This document shows, piece by piece, positions 39,662-52,826 of a stretch of 64,000 nt of DNA. The position numbers were made by a program, and so were the translations under genes. Source of the stretch: Azolla caroliniana (Eukaryota; Plantae; Polypodiophyta); assembly GCA_043228905.1 (NCBI GenBank), contig JBHGNT010000017.1, forward strand, positions 12,338,001-12,402,000, read 5' to 3'. Under the pieces are notes generated by a model. It was not told the origin of the DNA, searched no databases, and saw only the letters and a program-made list of their open reading frames with translations. Each line of letters begins with the position of its first letter. The first letter of the stretch is position 1.

Positions 39662-42224
39662 AAGAATGTGGTGGTATGCACGTAAGCTAGGAAACATCTA
39701 CAGAATGCATGGAAATTTCTAGAGAGTGCATGTCTATGCATTCTCTAGAAGTTTCATGAAAGTTCTAGTGATTAACTTACAATGTAATAAGTTGAAACTT
39801 ATACAATACAATAATGCATAGATGGAATGTAGCTCAATTGGTAAGGTTGCCCAATAAGACCAAGAGGTCATGGGTTCAACCCCCTACATTGCATCGTGTC
39901 TATGGCAGGTCTTCGAGTAAATCAATAGATCATCTAGATAGTTGATCAAACAAATATCCAAGAGGTTTTTGAATATATCATTTGCCATGTGTTGGAAGAC
40001 TATGGGTGTGTTGGTTAGACCGAACGGCATAACGGTGTACTCAAAGTGCCCATATCGGGTGCGAAAAGCGGTCTCCTGGTCGGATCTGCACGAAGTTGTA
40101 TGCACCTCGTAAGTCGATTTTTGTAAAAAATGTGGCACCATTTACACGTTCTAAAAGACTTGATATAAGGGGAAGTGTATACCTATTCCTGATGGTGACC
40201 TTATTCAAGCCACAGTAATCAATGACGAGACAAAGGGATCCATCTTTCTTCTTGACAAAGAAAATGGGTGCACCGGCCGGAGATTTCGAATGATGAATAA
40301 ACCCGCTTGCCAAATTACCCTCTATGTAGGCTCAAAGGACTTCCAACTCAATTGGTGACAAGTTGTAAATCGGTTCCCACGGTGGCTCTTTTCCTAGTTG
40401 TAAATCGATGGGACAATCATAGGGACAATGATGAAGAAGTGTACCGGCTTTTACCTTGTCAAATACATCGACATAAGGATGATATTTCAGAGGAAGTTGA
40501 ATTAAGGATTCCTTCTTAATAGTGTTCGAAGGATGTACTGATATTGCAAATAGAAACATTGACTCTTTGTGTCCTTCTTCGCATAATTAATGGAGCGAAA
40601 TGGTCGATACCGGACTTCTCTTGTTCTCCAATCTATGTCTGGATTATGTAATTCAAACCAAGGTAATCCCAGGACAATGGGATGCTCTGGACTACTAATT
40701 ATATTAAATGATACCACACACACAAAGCTATCTAAGACAAGCTTAATGGGTTCTGACTGTTCCACGATATACCCAGAAGCAATGGGATGACCATCAATGA
40801 CTACTATAGATGCAGGGCAAGGAAGTTTTCTTAAGGATATCTGAGAAGCTTGGGCAAAATTCCGATGTATGAAACAAGAATTAACTCCGAAATCTAAAAG
40901 TGCTAAGACATGTATTGGAGGGGTACTTTTAGTACTAACCATGACTTGGGCTAAGAACAAATTACTAACTTTCTTAGAGGGAATGGAACCACTAATGTGT
41001 TGCATCGATCTAGGGTTGTCCAACCAAACGGCTCCTATTTTGGTTGGACTTAGTGGGTTAACTCATCCTCTAATTGACTAAGGATTTCAAATTTGTTTGA
41101 GATACTTGGGCTATTAGTACTATTAATACTATCAGACACTCCTAAGGGAATTGATTCGAGTTTAGTATAGGCTACCAATTGATTTACCTATCTTCTTGGC
41201 CTATGGGGACAATTGATTACGATATGCCGTGGTCCACCACAATAAAGACATAATCGATTTGCACATCATCGTTGCTTTTCTTCTTCCGATAACGGGCCAT
41301 GTCGACGCATGGTGTCGATTTCCATCGGTCTCGGAGTATTTGCCTGAGATACATCTCGTGCAAATGGTTTGGCTGTGATTGAGGCATATGTGGGCTCTAG
41401 CCTAGTCCGTGGTATTTGTAATTGTTGTTCCGACTGTCGTTCAAAAAGGCAGTTGTCGCATCGAACCGCTCAACTGATTACCTTTGTGAGAGATTTTGGT
41501 CCTTCAAGGAAGGTTAAAAGTAAATCTTTGACATTGTTTCGCAAGTTGTAGCAAAATTGCTCCATTAGTGCTTGATCATCCCAGGGGATATCTGAGGCGA
41601 GTAGACGGAAATCTGCCGCGTAGGCAGAGGCTAGACGATCACCTTGACGCAATCGTCGGATCTTGTTGATCGTCGTCCTAATGCTGTCAGTATCTCCAAA
41701 GCAGGCTTTAAACTCGCTAATAAAGTCTTCAAAGTTATTAAGCAAGAGAGATTGTTTTTCTAAAAGCAGAGCGAACCATGCCAAGGCTGAGCCGTTGAGC
41801 AACGTGCCTATTAAGCCTCCTTGGGATGCATCAATGCGGTATCAGGAAGGATGCATCTGAATGACTAAACGTACCTGATTAAGGAATCCTTTGAATTGTG
41901 ATCGTGTTCCATCGAATTTCACAAGAAGTCCAATCTTGGACTCTTTATGAAGTCCTTGGGGACTTGATCCCTGTTGTTGCAACGCTCCGATGGTTGCTTC
42001 GAGTTGTTGCACACGTAACACTAACTCCCCATGTAGTAGCCATAGAGTATTGGAATAGGAGGTAAGAGGATGAGGGAAACCTAAAAGAAGACCAGAGGGA
42101 GAAATTTGGTTCAAACTGTAAGAAATAGTACTAAAACAGAGAGAGAATCAGTACTAGAGAAGAGAAGTACTATTAGTACTAAGAGGACTGATTGCGTAAG
42201 ACTCACGAGAGCGGAAGAGAGAAA

Positions 42225-42259
<35 letters not shown>

Positions 42260-42558
42260 ATGATAACAGATCATATATTATGTGAAGAGTAAATACAAAA
42301 TAGTTATGAGGGTTAAGACTGGTGTTGAACCAATTTGGTTCGAAATGATGCCTTGTGACTCCTTTTATAGTGTTCTCAGGAGTAGTCCTGAAGCTTCTAG
42401 AATGTTCAAGAGAAATCTGTAATATACATTAATTTTCTATAGTAAAACTTAAATGAAAATAATATTCTATGTATTACAATTGATAGTGTAATGGTCGAGA
42501 GTTTGACCTATATAACATAAGGTCATGGGTTCGAGTTTTGCCATATCATGACACCTAT

Positions 42559-44613
42559 AAGACGTGAAGTGCAAATCCGTTGTAGCTAGTTATCGTGAAT
42601 GGTTCAGCCCTAATTTAATCTCCTACGCGTCCATGATTCCTTGACCTGATTACTTAGGGGAGTAATCGAAGGTGTTTCTCCAAGAGGGAGATAACACAAT
42701 TTGGCACGCCCCGTTCACATTGTGAGCTCACAACGAACAACACGTAGAAGAAATCCTAGGCGCCTTAACGATGCCCACCTGTAGTATACGTTCTCTGCTA
42801 CCATCCCACCGAGCCGAACTAACTGAGGGCATCTCCGACTCCATGCTCACATAGCAATTTCCAGTAGAGCAATCCACACTGCACCAGTTCCCATTTCCGG
42901 CCCCAGACGCTCAGTCAACTGTGGGTTCTGACCCCGTCTTGCCTCATAGTCACCCAACCGGAATACAACCCCTTTTCGACGTTACTTGAAGATCTGGACT
43001 TTGACATCATGTTGTATATGTATCAACGTTACATGGATGCCTCCCATGTAGAAATAATCACACATCCGCATCTTCTTGTCGACAAGGCAAGACAACCACT
43101 CGACGCAATGTCTAACTGCTGCGGAGGCAGACTCGTCCAAAATCACGGAGTTCACACTGTCTCTGAATGGACCCGCCACGTGTTGGTATTCCCGACACGA
43201 CCTGGGAGAACTTGTGACATTTCAAGACGTCCACAATCGATTGCATCGAGAGATACCCAAGCGAGAATTCCTCTGCCAGTTCTATGCAATCGCACAGGAG
43301 TCGAATCAAATGGTCTCACAGTTCATCATCCACTTCTAGGATCTTTATTATAAGCTCACTCAAGATGTGTCTGCGAATAATCTAAAAGACACATTCCACG
43401 CAGGATTACGGGAGCCTCTTCGCACGACTCTTGCTTTAACTGACTTGTCCCAAAAAACAATCGAGCAGGTGGTCGCCCATGTTCTCGCTTTGGAAAGAGC
43501 TCAAAATAGTACATCTTTTTCTATGGGCTCACTCCAAACCGCCTTTCCAACACATGAAGAAACCCAATTTTGGCAGGCGCTACAATTCACGACATGCTTG
43601 AATTCCAGCCACTCAGCCGTGGATTGTGCTTTATGACCACACTACCCGATTTGCCACTCCCCGGCATGATCATCCTCGATAGGATGATTGAAATCATCCG
43701 CCACCTAGATTTCGGGAAGCTGAGTGACCCTTGTACGAACATCGATATCGACGTGACAATAGGTATTGGCCCGAGGAGGATCACTATTGGACAGACAATC
43801 CGTATCAACCCGAGGAAGATTGTTATTGGCCTAGGGAGGACCGCTATGGACCAGTATATGACTACTACCAATACGAGTACGATCATAATGACGATTACAA
43901 ACCAAGACATCGTTCCGACCAAAGGCATGATCGGCAACCCCCCTAACATAATCGAGGTCATGACCTCCAGATAATCGAACGCCTTCCCATACTAAGCCTC
44001 TGGATGACTCTCACCAAGCACAACAATACACCACACCGCACAGAGAAGAAAACCTCTGATTGTATCAAATAACTCAATTTGAAGAAACGGAATCAAGCAA
44101 CTTGGCACCGGTTAAGTGTTTTAACTATAATCAACCAGGGCATTATGCCACACAGTGTCCAGTCAATGATCGTGACAAAGGACCCACAATAAATATCATT
44201 ACGACCGAGCTCGAACAGGTCACAACAAGAAACAATGTACAACACGCAATGGGAAGTCTAGGATGAAGTCCGCCAAGCCGCAAAGGACTGGATCGAGACA
44301 ACTAATAACGCAAATGTCGACCGCATGAATACCAAGATGAAGGACATCACTATCGATGAGTCACCTTCCTCACACCCCACTGATTTGTTGGATGATGATC
44401 CAACTTGGCAAGCACTTGCCTGCTACCAGATATCAATGCTCCTAAATAAGCTTCTTCATTTACTTCCATAGTTCAAGGACATGGTGGTCTCCTTGACCAC
44501 CGGGAAAGATCAGACGACCATGCTCGTGCACCTTGTCGAGATTAATGTAGGACCACCACTAATGGATTTCCAGAACCCTACCGTGAAGCTTGATGAGAAT
44601 GGACAGAATATCG
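42559..44613 (+). mobile_element. Non-chromovirus Ty3/gypsy 5' part: LTR end, PBS and degraded gag; this LTR is the apparent target of B
   Basis: LTR end GAGATAACA at 42696, PBS TGGCACGCC at 42702, gag motifs (EFTLSLNGPATCWY, DTFHAGLRE, VKCFNYNQPGHYATQCP). Confidence 0.75.
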
Positions 44614-46800
44614 CTTGGCCACAACCGAGTAATAAATCACTTCTATAAGAATCAAACATAGAAATGGGAAGTGGAGAGTACACAAGAAAAATGACATAGG
44701 ATGTTTACGTGGAAAAACCTAATAGGGAAAAACCACGGGAGCCCATAGAGTCTGAACTATCACTGTGAAGAGAATGGGTACAATCGGAGACTCGGAGGTA
44801 ACGACCTCGAGCATTGTTTCTTCGCACAGTGGCAGTTACAACAGAGTATCGCTCTGTATCTCTCTCTCTCCCCCTCTCCCTCTGTCGCTCTCTCTATACA
44901 ATGGTTACAACAACAACAACAACCATACTAAAGTGATTGCCCTAAGTCATATTTACACTTATATGAACTTAGGGCTATTTACAAATATAGCCTCAATGGG
45001 CTTACTCAGAAACATATTTACAGATGTGTCTTCTACATTCGGTTCTCACCGGGACTTCTACATCCGGTTCTCAAGATCTCATCGTGAGGGACCGAAATCC
45101 CAACAATCTCCCCCTTCACTCCGGCATGGGATGTTTCGTCAACCTGATCCGCGTCCGACATGCATCCAACTTGTCGGGCATCAACACTTGGGTCAGCATG
45201 TCCGACCCGTTCTCCTCCGTGTGGATCTTCGTCAGCACGAACTCTCAATCTTCAACTTGCTCCCGGATCCAGTGGTACCTACGTTGGATGTGCTTCATTC
45301 TTGAATGGTAGGCCATGGCACTCTGACTGTCATAATAGAGCCGGTATTCCTCTTGTCGGATCCCTAGCTCACCGATGAAGTCCTTCATTCAGATTATTTC
45401 TTTGTCGGCTTCCACAACTGCCATGTACTCCGCCTCCATTGTCGACAGTGCAACGGTCTTCTGCAGCCTCGACTGCCATGATACAGCTCCCCCGCATAAG
45501 TTAATACATATCCAAATGTAGATTGGTTGGTATCCACATAAACCGACATATCCGAATCCGTGAATCCGTCAGGTTCAGGATTACCAGAGCCAAACCGGAG
45601 GCACAAACTCGAAGTGCCTTTTAGATACTGGAGTATCCACTTCACTGCATTCCAATGCTCTTTATCGGGATTGCTCATCAACCGGCTCAGCACTCCGACT
45701 GCATATCCAATATCCGGTTGGGTACACACCATTGCGTACATCAAGCTCCCGACGACAGAGGCATATGGTATCTTCATCATATTCGCCTTCTCCGCCTTTG
45801 TCCTCGGGCTCTACTTTCTGGATAGCTTGCAGTTTGCCAGAAGTGTCAATCCGACCGGTTTCGCATCCAACATGTTGAACCGTTGAAGCACCTTCATCAC
45901 GTACTTTTCCTGTGACAGCCACAACAGCTTCTTCGACTGGTCCGGATGATGTGCATCCCCAATATCTGTCTTGCCGGACCCAAGTCTTTCATTGAGAAAG
46001 TCCGGTTCAGGGCCTTCTTCAGCATCCATGTCTTGACTTCGTCTCGTCCAATGATCAACATGTCGTCCACGTATAGGAGCAATATTAGGAAATCTCCTCC
46101 ATCAAATTTCTTCACAAACACGCAGTGATCGGCTTGCGTCTTGTGGTATCCTTGATCGGTCATGAAAGAGTTGAACTTTCGGTACCATTGCCGGGGAGCC
46201 TGCTTTAGTCCGTATAAGCTCTTCTTCAGCCTGCACACTAGGTGCTCCTTCCCTTTGTTCTCAAATCCTTTTGGTTGGTGCATGTAGATCTCTTCTTCGA
46301 GGTCTCCGTGTAGAAATGTCGTCTTGACGTCCAACTGCTCTACCTCAAGGTCCATGCTTGCCGCTATGCCCAATATCATCCGGATAAATGTCATCTTTAC
46401 TGCCGGGGCAAAGATCTCATCAAAGTTCACTCCTTTCTTCTTTTAGAAACCCTTCACCACGAGTCAGGCCTTATACCTTGGTGGATTTCCGGCGTCTCCC
46501 GGTTTCAGCTTGTACACACACTTGTTCTGGAGTGCCCTCTTTCCTTTCGGCAACTCCACTAATTCGTATGTGTGGTTCTGATGCAAGGAATCCATCTCGT
46601 CCTGCATGGCACTCAACCACTTGCGGCTTTGGGTGTCCCCCCTTGTTTCTTCAAAGCTTTCCAGCTCCCCCTCATCAGTTAGCAACACATGCTCTACATT
46701 CGGAAATCTTCGGGGGCTCTTCTCTCCAAGAGAGGATATCTCCGTCCTTGGTTTCTAACAGTCGGTTCCTCTGTCTGTTCCGAATCCGAATCCGATTCTC
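44614..46800 (-). mobile_element. Copia 3' half (RT, RH, PPT, 3' LTR), relative of E
   Basis: LTR 44614-45105 (outer end truncated), PPT at 45108-45117, RT ORFs 45897-46430 and 46464-46688. Confidence 0.88.
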
Positions 46801-49800
46801 CGACAATGCGTCGATGTAAGTGTCCTTCAGCATGTGGCGAACGACACAAATGCTCACGATATGTGGCAGAAGTTGTCGGGTCTGTATGAGAGGAAGAATG
46901 TGCTCAATAAAACCTCGTTGATGAGAAAATCGTACGGCTGAAATACAGAGACAGTAAGAGCATCGTCGAACACATCAGCATGTTCATGGGGTATGCAAAT
47001 CAACTTGCTACGACCAAGTTTCCCTTGGATGATGCAATGCATGCCATCTTGCTGATGTGCCCACTGCCAGATAGCTGGGAGAACCTAGTGGTTACTCTCA
47101 GCACCTCCTGTCAAGAAGAGAACTTGTCTTTATAGACGGTGAAGACAAACATCCTAAATGAGGAGGCAAGGAGGAAAGACAAAGGAGTTCTGTCCCAATT
47201 GGAGTCAAATCTGACTCAACATATGGAGAGAGGAAGTGACCGACGAAGAAGAAGTCGGCAACGAACGGACAAATCCCACGCTAGATCGAAGTCCAAAGGT
47301 AAGCCCGTGTGCTTTTATTGTGGAAAGCCTGGACACTTCCAGAAGGACTATCGACACATAAAGAAAGATAAGAGTGTCGGAAATAATGTTGAACCCAGGA
47401 AGATTCCAGATGAGAAGAACACTTCAGCCATTGCTACGAGCAATGAAGAACTCCTGTTCATTTGTGAATAGACCAGTGCAAATCTTGGAAGTGACGATTG
47501 CACGTGGGTGATTGATTCCGGGGCATCGTTCCACATAACTCCGTCGAGAGTGTATTTCTCGACTTACATAGCCAGGGATCATGACTATGTAAAGATGGGT
47601 GACAGTGGAGAGTGCAAGGTAACCGGAGTCAGAAGTGTTTGCTTAACGATGTCGACAGGGAGTCGATTGACACCGAAGGATGTTCGACACATCCCCGATA
47701 TCAGATTGAATCTGATATCGACTGGAAGGTTAGATGACGAAGGTTATAGTGGTAGCATTCAAAATGGAAAGTGGAAGTTCTGTCCAGGAAATCTTATAGT
47801 GGCCCGAGCACAAAAAGAAGGCACATTGTACATGATGCATGCCCGACTGTGCAAATCACAAGTAAATGTGGCAACCGACTCAGCAGGTGAGATATGGCAT
47901 AAGAGGCTAGGCCACATGAGTGAGAAGGGAATGCACCTGTTAGCCTACCAGAAACTTCTACCAGAAGTCAAGGGCGTGCATTTGGAGAAGTGCGTTGACT
48001 GCTTAGCTGGAAAGCAAAACAAAGCTGCATTCCACACACGACCACCGAGAAGAAGAGAGGTTGCACTGGAACTAGTACACACGGAAGTGTGCTACTTTGA
48101 TGCTCCATCGCATCGAGGTGGATAGTACTTTGTGACATTCATTGACGACCATAGTCGGAAGACATGGGCCTTCGTACTGAAGATGAAGGGTCAAGTACTA
48201 TCGATTTCCAAGGAATTCTAGGAAAGAGCCGAAAGAGAGTCAGGTTAGAAGTTGAAGGTTGTTCGAACTAACAACGGTGGCGAGTACAAAGGCAATTTGA
48301 GGAATACTGCAAGAGCCAAGGTATTCGGATCGAATACATAGTGCCAAAGACCCTACAATTGGACGGGCTTGCAGAGAGGATGAATCAAACGATCATGGAG
48401 AGAGTAAGGAGCATGCTCTCTCATGTGAAATTGCCAAAATCCTATTGGGCTGAGGCGATGTACACAACTGTTTCTCTGATCAACAGGTCTCCCTTAGTAC
48501 CATTGAAGGGTGATGTCCTACAGAGGGTGTGGACAAGGAAGGATGTCTCTTACCAGCATCTGAGGGTGTTCGGATGTCTGGCGTACATGCATGTACCGAA
48601 AGATCAGAGGTCAAACCTCGACAACAAGTCAAAAGCATGCATATTCATGGGATACTCGGAAGATGAATTCGGCTACAGGCTATGGGACCTAGTCGATAAG
48701 AAGGTAGTGAGAAGTCGGGATGTAGTCCTTCTAGAATACAAGACAATTGAAGACTGGAAGCAATAGAAGTCGGAATCGACTCCCCAGTCAACCCCGACTA
48801 CCATCGACTTAACGCCAAGTGAGTCGTCACCGACAGCTGTAAGGAGACAGTTGGCCGACAGAGCCAAATCCGAGTGGGTCGACTCGGAGAGACCAACTGA
48901 CTATAAGTCAGAGTCGGCAGAGCTGCAAAGGTCAATTGATGAATATGAGTTGGAATTACCCAACCAGGAGGGGCTGATTGACGAGCAGAATCCCGAGAAG
49001 AGAGAAGAGTTGGCAGAGACATCCGAAAGAGAGCCGACAACGAGTGGAAGAAGATACCCACTCAGGGAGAGGAACGCACCGACTACATATGCCAGCCAAT
49101 ACATCCTCTTGACTGATGAAGGTGAACCAGAGTGCTATGAAGAAGCCATTGCTGATGAGCACAGAGCGAAATGGCTGAGCGCGATGTAAGATGAGTTGGA
49201 ATCCTTGCACGAGAATTACACCTACGACCTGGTAGAGCTGCCGAAAGGTAAGAGAGCACTCAGGAATGAATGGGTCTACAAAGTGAAGACTGGAGAAGCC
49301 GATAGTGAGCCCAGGTATAAAGCCCGCATAGTGGTGAAGGGTTTTCAACAAAAAAAGGGCTTTGACTTTGACGAAATATTCACACCAGTCGTGAAGATGA
49401 CATCCATTTGAACTGTTCTGAGCATGGCGGCCAGTATGGATCTGGAGATCAAACAATTGGATGTCAAAACTGCATTTCTGCACGGGGAGCTAGAAGAAGA
49501 AATCTATATGCTTCAACCCAAAGGCTTTGAGGAGAAAGGGAAAGAGAATCTAGTGTGTCGACTAAAGAAAAGCTTGTACGGTCTGAAACAAGCTCCCCGC
49601 CAATGGTACAAGAAGTTCGAGTCCTTCACGATGGAACATCAGTTCTAGAAAACACAGGTCAATCACTGTGTGTTTGTCAAAAGGTACGAAGAAGGAGACT
49701 TCTTGATTCTCTTGCTATATGTCGATGACATGTTGATAGTCGGTTAAGATACCAGGAAGATTGGACACTTGAATAAAGCTCTCGGCAAATCATTTGCCAT

Positions 49801-49840
49801 GAAAGACCTTGGTCCAGCTAAACAGATCTTAGGAATGCAT
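46799..49840 (+). mobile_element. Copia internal fragment gag-PR-INT-RT, degraded
   Basis: CFYCGKPGHF, IDSGAS, IWHKRLGH, AERMNQTI, YVDD. Ends at QILGMH. Confidence 0.9.
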
Positions 49841-49857
49841 TGGTGAGAAAACTTGTC

Positions 49858-50417
49858 TTCCAGATCATCTCTTTGCCGGCCTCTATCGCTGCCATATACT
49901 CTGCCTTTGTAGTTGACAAGGCTACAGACTTCTGCAATCGTGACTACCATGGCATTGCTCCCCCTGCATAGGTCATCATGTACCATAACGTGGATTGGCT
50001 CGAGTCGACATCTCCCGACATGTCCGAGTCGGTAAAACCTTCCAGCACAGGCTTTCCGACACCATACCTTAGGCACACCTCTGAGGTGCCTTTTAAGTAC
50101 CTGAGTATCCACTTCACCACTACCTAGTGTTCTCTTCCTAGATTACTCATATATCGGCTTACTGCTCCTACAACAAATGCTATGCCAGGTTTTGTACAAA
50201 CCATAGCATACATTAGACTTTGGACAGCCGAGGCATATGGCACCTTCCTCATCTCGGCCTTTTCCTTCTCCCCTTCCGGGCACTGATTCACATTCAATCT
50301 GCAATTTGTCGGCAACACTAAGCCGACCGGCGTTGCATTTGACATGTTAAATCTCTCTGGGATCTTCATCACATACTTCTGTTGTGATAACCATAGCACC
50401 TTTTGAGTTCTGTCTTG
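49858..50417 (-). mobile_element. Inverted Copia RT C-terminus and RNase H fragment
   Basis: QDRTQKVLWLSQQKY...VPYASAV...GKEMI, the expected continuation of the preceding + fragment. Confidence 0.85.
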
Positions 50418-51390
50418 AACTCTAAAATGCAAAAATCGCAAAAATGTTGATTGCAACTGATCAAAGGTCGTGATTGCTGTTAGGTCCATCTGAGAGGGCC
50501 AGCACGCTGCTCTACCATCCAGAGTTAATCCGAACTCTGCAATCTTCGATTCGTGCGCTTCCACTATTGGAAGCCGCTACGCCATGTGATTAGCGTTCCA
50601 AACATTCAGGAACAACCGGATGTGGCTTGCGACGTCTGTTTCGCCGTTGAAGCGTGGATAGGAGAAGGCCATTCCAGACGCTATGGTGGGCAGGGGAAGA
50701 CCACGGTTCTTGTGTGGTGATAGGACTTCCTGCTTGACATCGCGATGTTCTGTGAGTGTGGAGTCGACTTTGTAGTCCTGAAAGGAATACCTAAAGCGAG
50801 GTTTTTGCTTTGCGTGCTCCTCTGTCTGGCGTCTTGCCGGGTCCGTTCTCTGGGTTGTTTACAGCTAGACATCCATCCCTTGTTGTTTGTCTGCGAGAAA
50901 TCACAGATCAACAAGCGTGCCAAATGTGTTACCGATACGGAACACTGTCTATCTCAGTCCTTCAAGATAGACTTGAAGGTGATTGTGTGGCAAGTTATGC
51001 CGTCACACGAGGCGTGAGCCGTACTCCGTTGGTTGCGTAATAATGCGTATCTATGGGTGAAGGTTCAGGGCTACGACCAAGAACCTGAGTGCACTACTAC
51101 GCTACTCTTACCCTATGCTTACGGAGACACACGTACGAATATTACAGAGATTACACAAGACAGCACAGGTAGCCCAGACACAGAAAATTAGAGAAGATAA
51201 GATTCTATTAGAAAAGAAAACCTCACGCTCCAAAATTACACCCTTTATATACACAGGGCGTTCAGCTGTTCACACTTCTCACGTGAACTGTTACATCTCT
51301 TTCCTTAATGCTTCTAATATATTTTTCATATTTTACGCATTATGTCCAACGGTTACAATTGTGGCGTACAACACGGTTACAACAGAGAAT
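50418..51390 (-). mobile_element. Non-chromovirus Ty3/gypsy LTR part, PBS and gag start
   Basis: LTR end at 50927, PBS TGGCACGC at 50922-50915, gag FSYPRFNGETDVASHI...AEFGLTLDGRAA. Confidence 0.75.
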
Positions 51391-51399
51391 GCTCGTAGC

Positions 51400-51666
51400 T
51401 ACTCTCTTGCTCTCTCCCTCTCTGTACAACAATATGACAATAACAACAACCTTTTTAAAGTGATTGCCCTAAGTCATATTTATACTTATATGAACTTACG
51501 GCTATTTACAAATATAGCTTCAATTGGCTTACGCAAAACATATTTACACATATGTCTTCTCTTCTGGTTCTCACCGGGTCTCCTCTGGTTTCCGGATCTC
51601 TTCCGCTTCTCACTGGGTCCTCTTTATTCATCACCAGATCCCATCCGGAGAGACCGATTTCCCAAC
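51400..51666 (-). mobile_element. Partial Copia LTR (E-related U3/TATA half)
   Basis: TTGCCCTAAGTCATATTTATA and ...TCCCAAC match 810-1071 and 44930-45105. Confidence 0.8.
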
Positions 51667-52826
51667 TGTTATCTCGTAGATGACCGAATTCAAAAAGTGG
51701 CTCCCTTGATCACTGATGAGCTCGACTGGGCAACCAAAATGACACCAAATGTATTCGTAAAGAAATTTTGTCGTGGATGCAGCAGTATTATCCCGTAACG
51801 CTTTTGCTTCTACCCACTTAGTGCAGTAATCCGTGGCTACGAGAATGTACTTATTGCTGATCCACGCCGCTGCCGGCGTAAAGGGACCCCATTTCTAGAA
51901 TGGATCCTGCGGAAGAACCGGTTGGTACGGCATCCGTGCGAGCTCCGTAGGTTGCCCCAACCATTGACATAGATCACACTGCTTATAGTAATCACACTGC
52001 TTATAGTATTGATACACATCTTTCTGCGTACTTAGCCACCATAGACTTGCTTGCCATATTTTTCGGGTCGTAACATCGCTCGCGTAATGTCCCCCTGCCG
52101 ACCGCAATGAGCTTCGCGCAGAACGGCTTCCTTTTCATCCTGGCGTATCCCGCGTCGCCAAATCCCATTGCTGCCCTTGTGGTAAGGTACTCCTTCGACC
52201 AGGCAAAAGTTACGACTGCGGACAGCTAGGCGTTTCTTTTCATCCGTCCTTAGCTATGGAGGTGGTAGTCCCATGGTCAAAAAGTATGTCATTTCCACCA
52301 GCCAATGATTCGGAAAATTTGTTTCTGCCTATGATGCAATAGGCGCGATCCTCAAAATATCAGCGTTAGAGAAGGCGTCATCGTACCTCACTACATTATC
52401 GCCATTATCCACTTTGCTTAAGGAATCAGCTACGCCATGCTTCGTGCCCAGCCGATGCTGAATTGTGAAATCGAACTCCTGGAGCAGCAACATCCATTTG
52501 GCCAGCTTCCCTGTCAGTGCCTGTTTCTCAACTAGATACACTAACGTCGTGTGATCTACATGAAACGTAAATCTGCGCCCTAGTAGATAATGCCAGGATT
52601 TGTTGATGATATATATCATCCCCAAGGCTTCACGCTCAGTTGTAGAGTAGTTTCTCTCGGCAGTTGATAGTTTACGACTAGCGTAATAGACCGGTCTGTA
52701 CCAACACGGCTCTGTGAGTTGCATTAATGCGCTGCCTACTGCTGTATCTGAGGCATCCAGAAAGACGTGCAAAGGCTTAGTCCAATCTGGTGGTTGTACG
52801 ACCGGTGCTTGGGTTAACACCGACAT
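51667..52826 (-). mobile_element. Non-chromovirus Ty3/gypsy fragments (short LTR end plus RNase H-integrase)
   Basis: TGTTATCTC terminus at 51667; LDASD, TEREALG, VDH, LLLQEFDF; GGHYA...CDLCQ. Confidence 0.8.

Larger units (their letters stand above)
22041..39907 (-). mobile_element. Element C: Ty3/gypsy chromovirus, LTR family 3, inserted in the RT of B
   Basis: 3' LTR 22041-22479; 5' LTR 34426-39907 (split by E); TSD AGTCT/GGTCT. gag ATG at 34398, CLYCGTPGHVICHC, ALLDFGAS, YLDD and chromodomain EYEVDQILDS near 22600. Confidence 0.93.
14835..42553 (-). mobile_element. Element B: Ty3/gypsy chromovirus, family-1 relative, host of the nested stack
   Basis: 5' LTR 42117-42553; 3' LTR 14835-19825 (split by the LINE); TSD CCTAT at 14830-14834 and 42554-42558. 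gag-PR-RT lies at 42030-39908 and RT-RH-INT-CHD at 22040-19840. Confidence 0.95.

Noticed and set aside
43731-43946. Tyr/Asp/Arg-rich repetitive peptide (YWPEED/YWPRED)
   Set aside because: It lies between the capsid region and zinc knuckle of the gypsy gag and is a low-complexity linker, not a separate gene.
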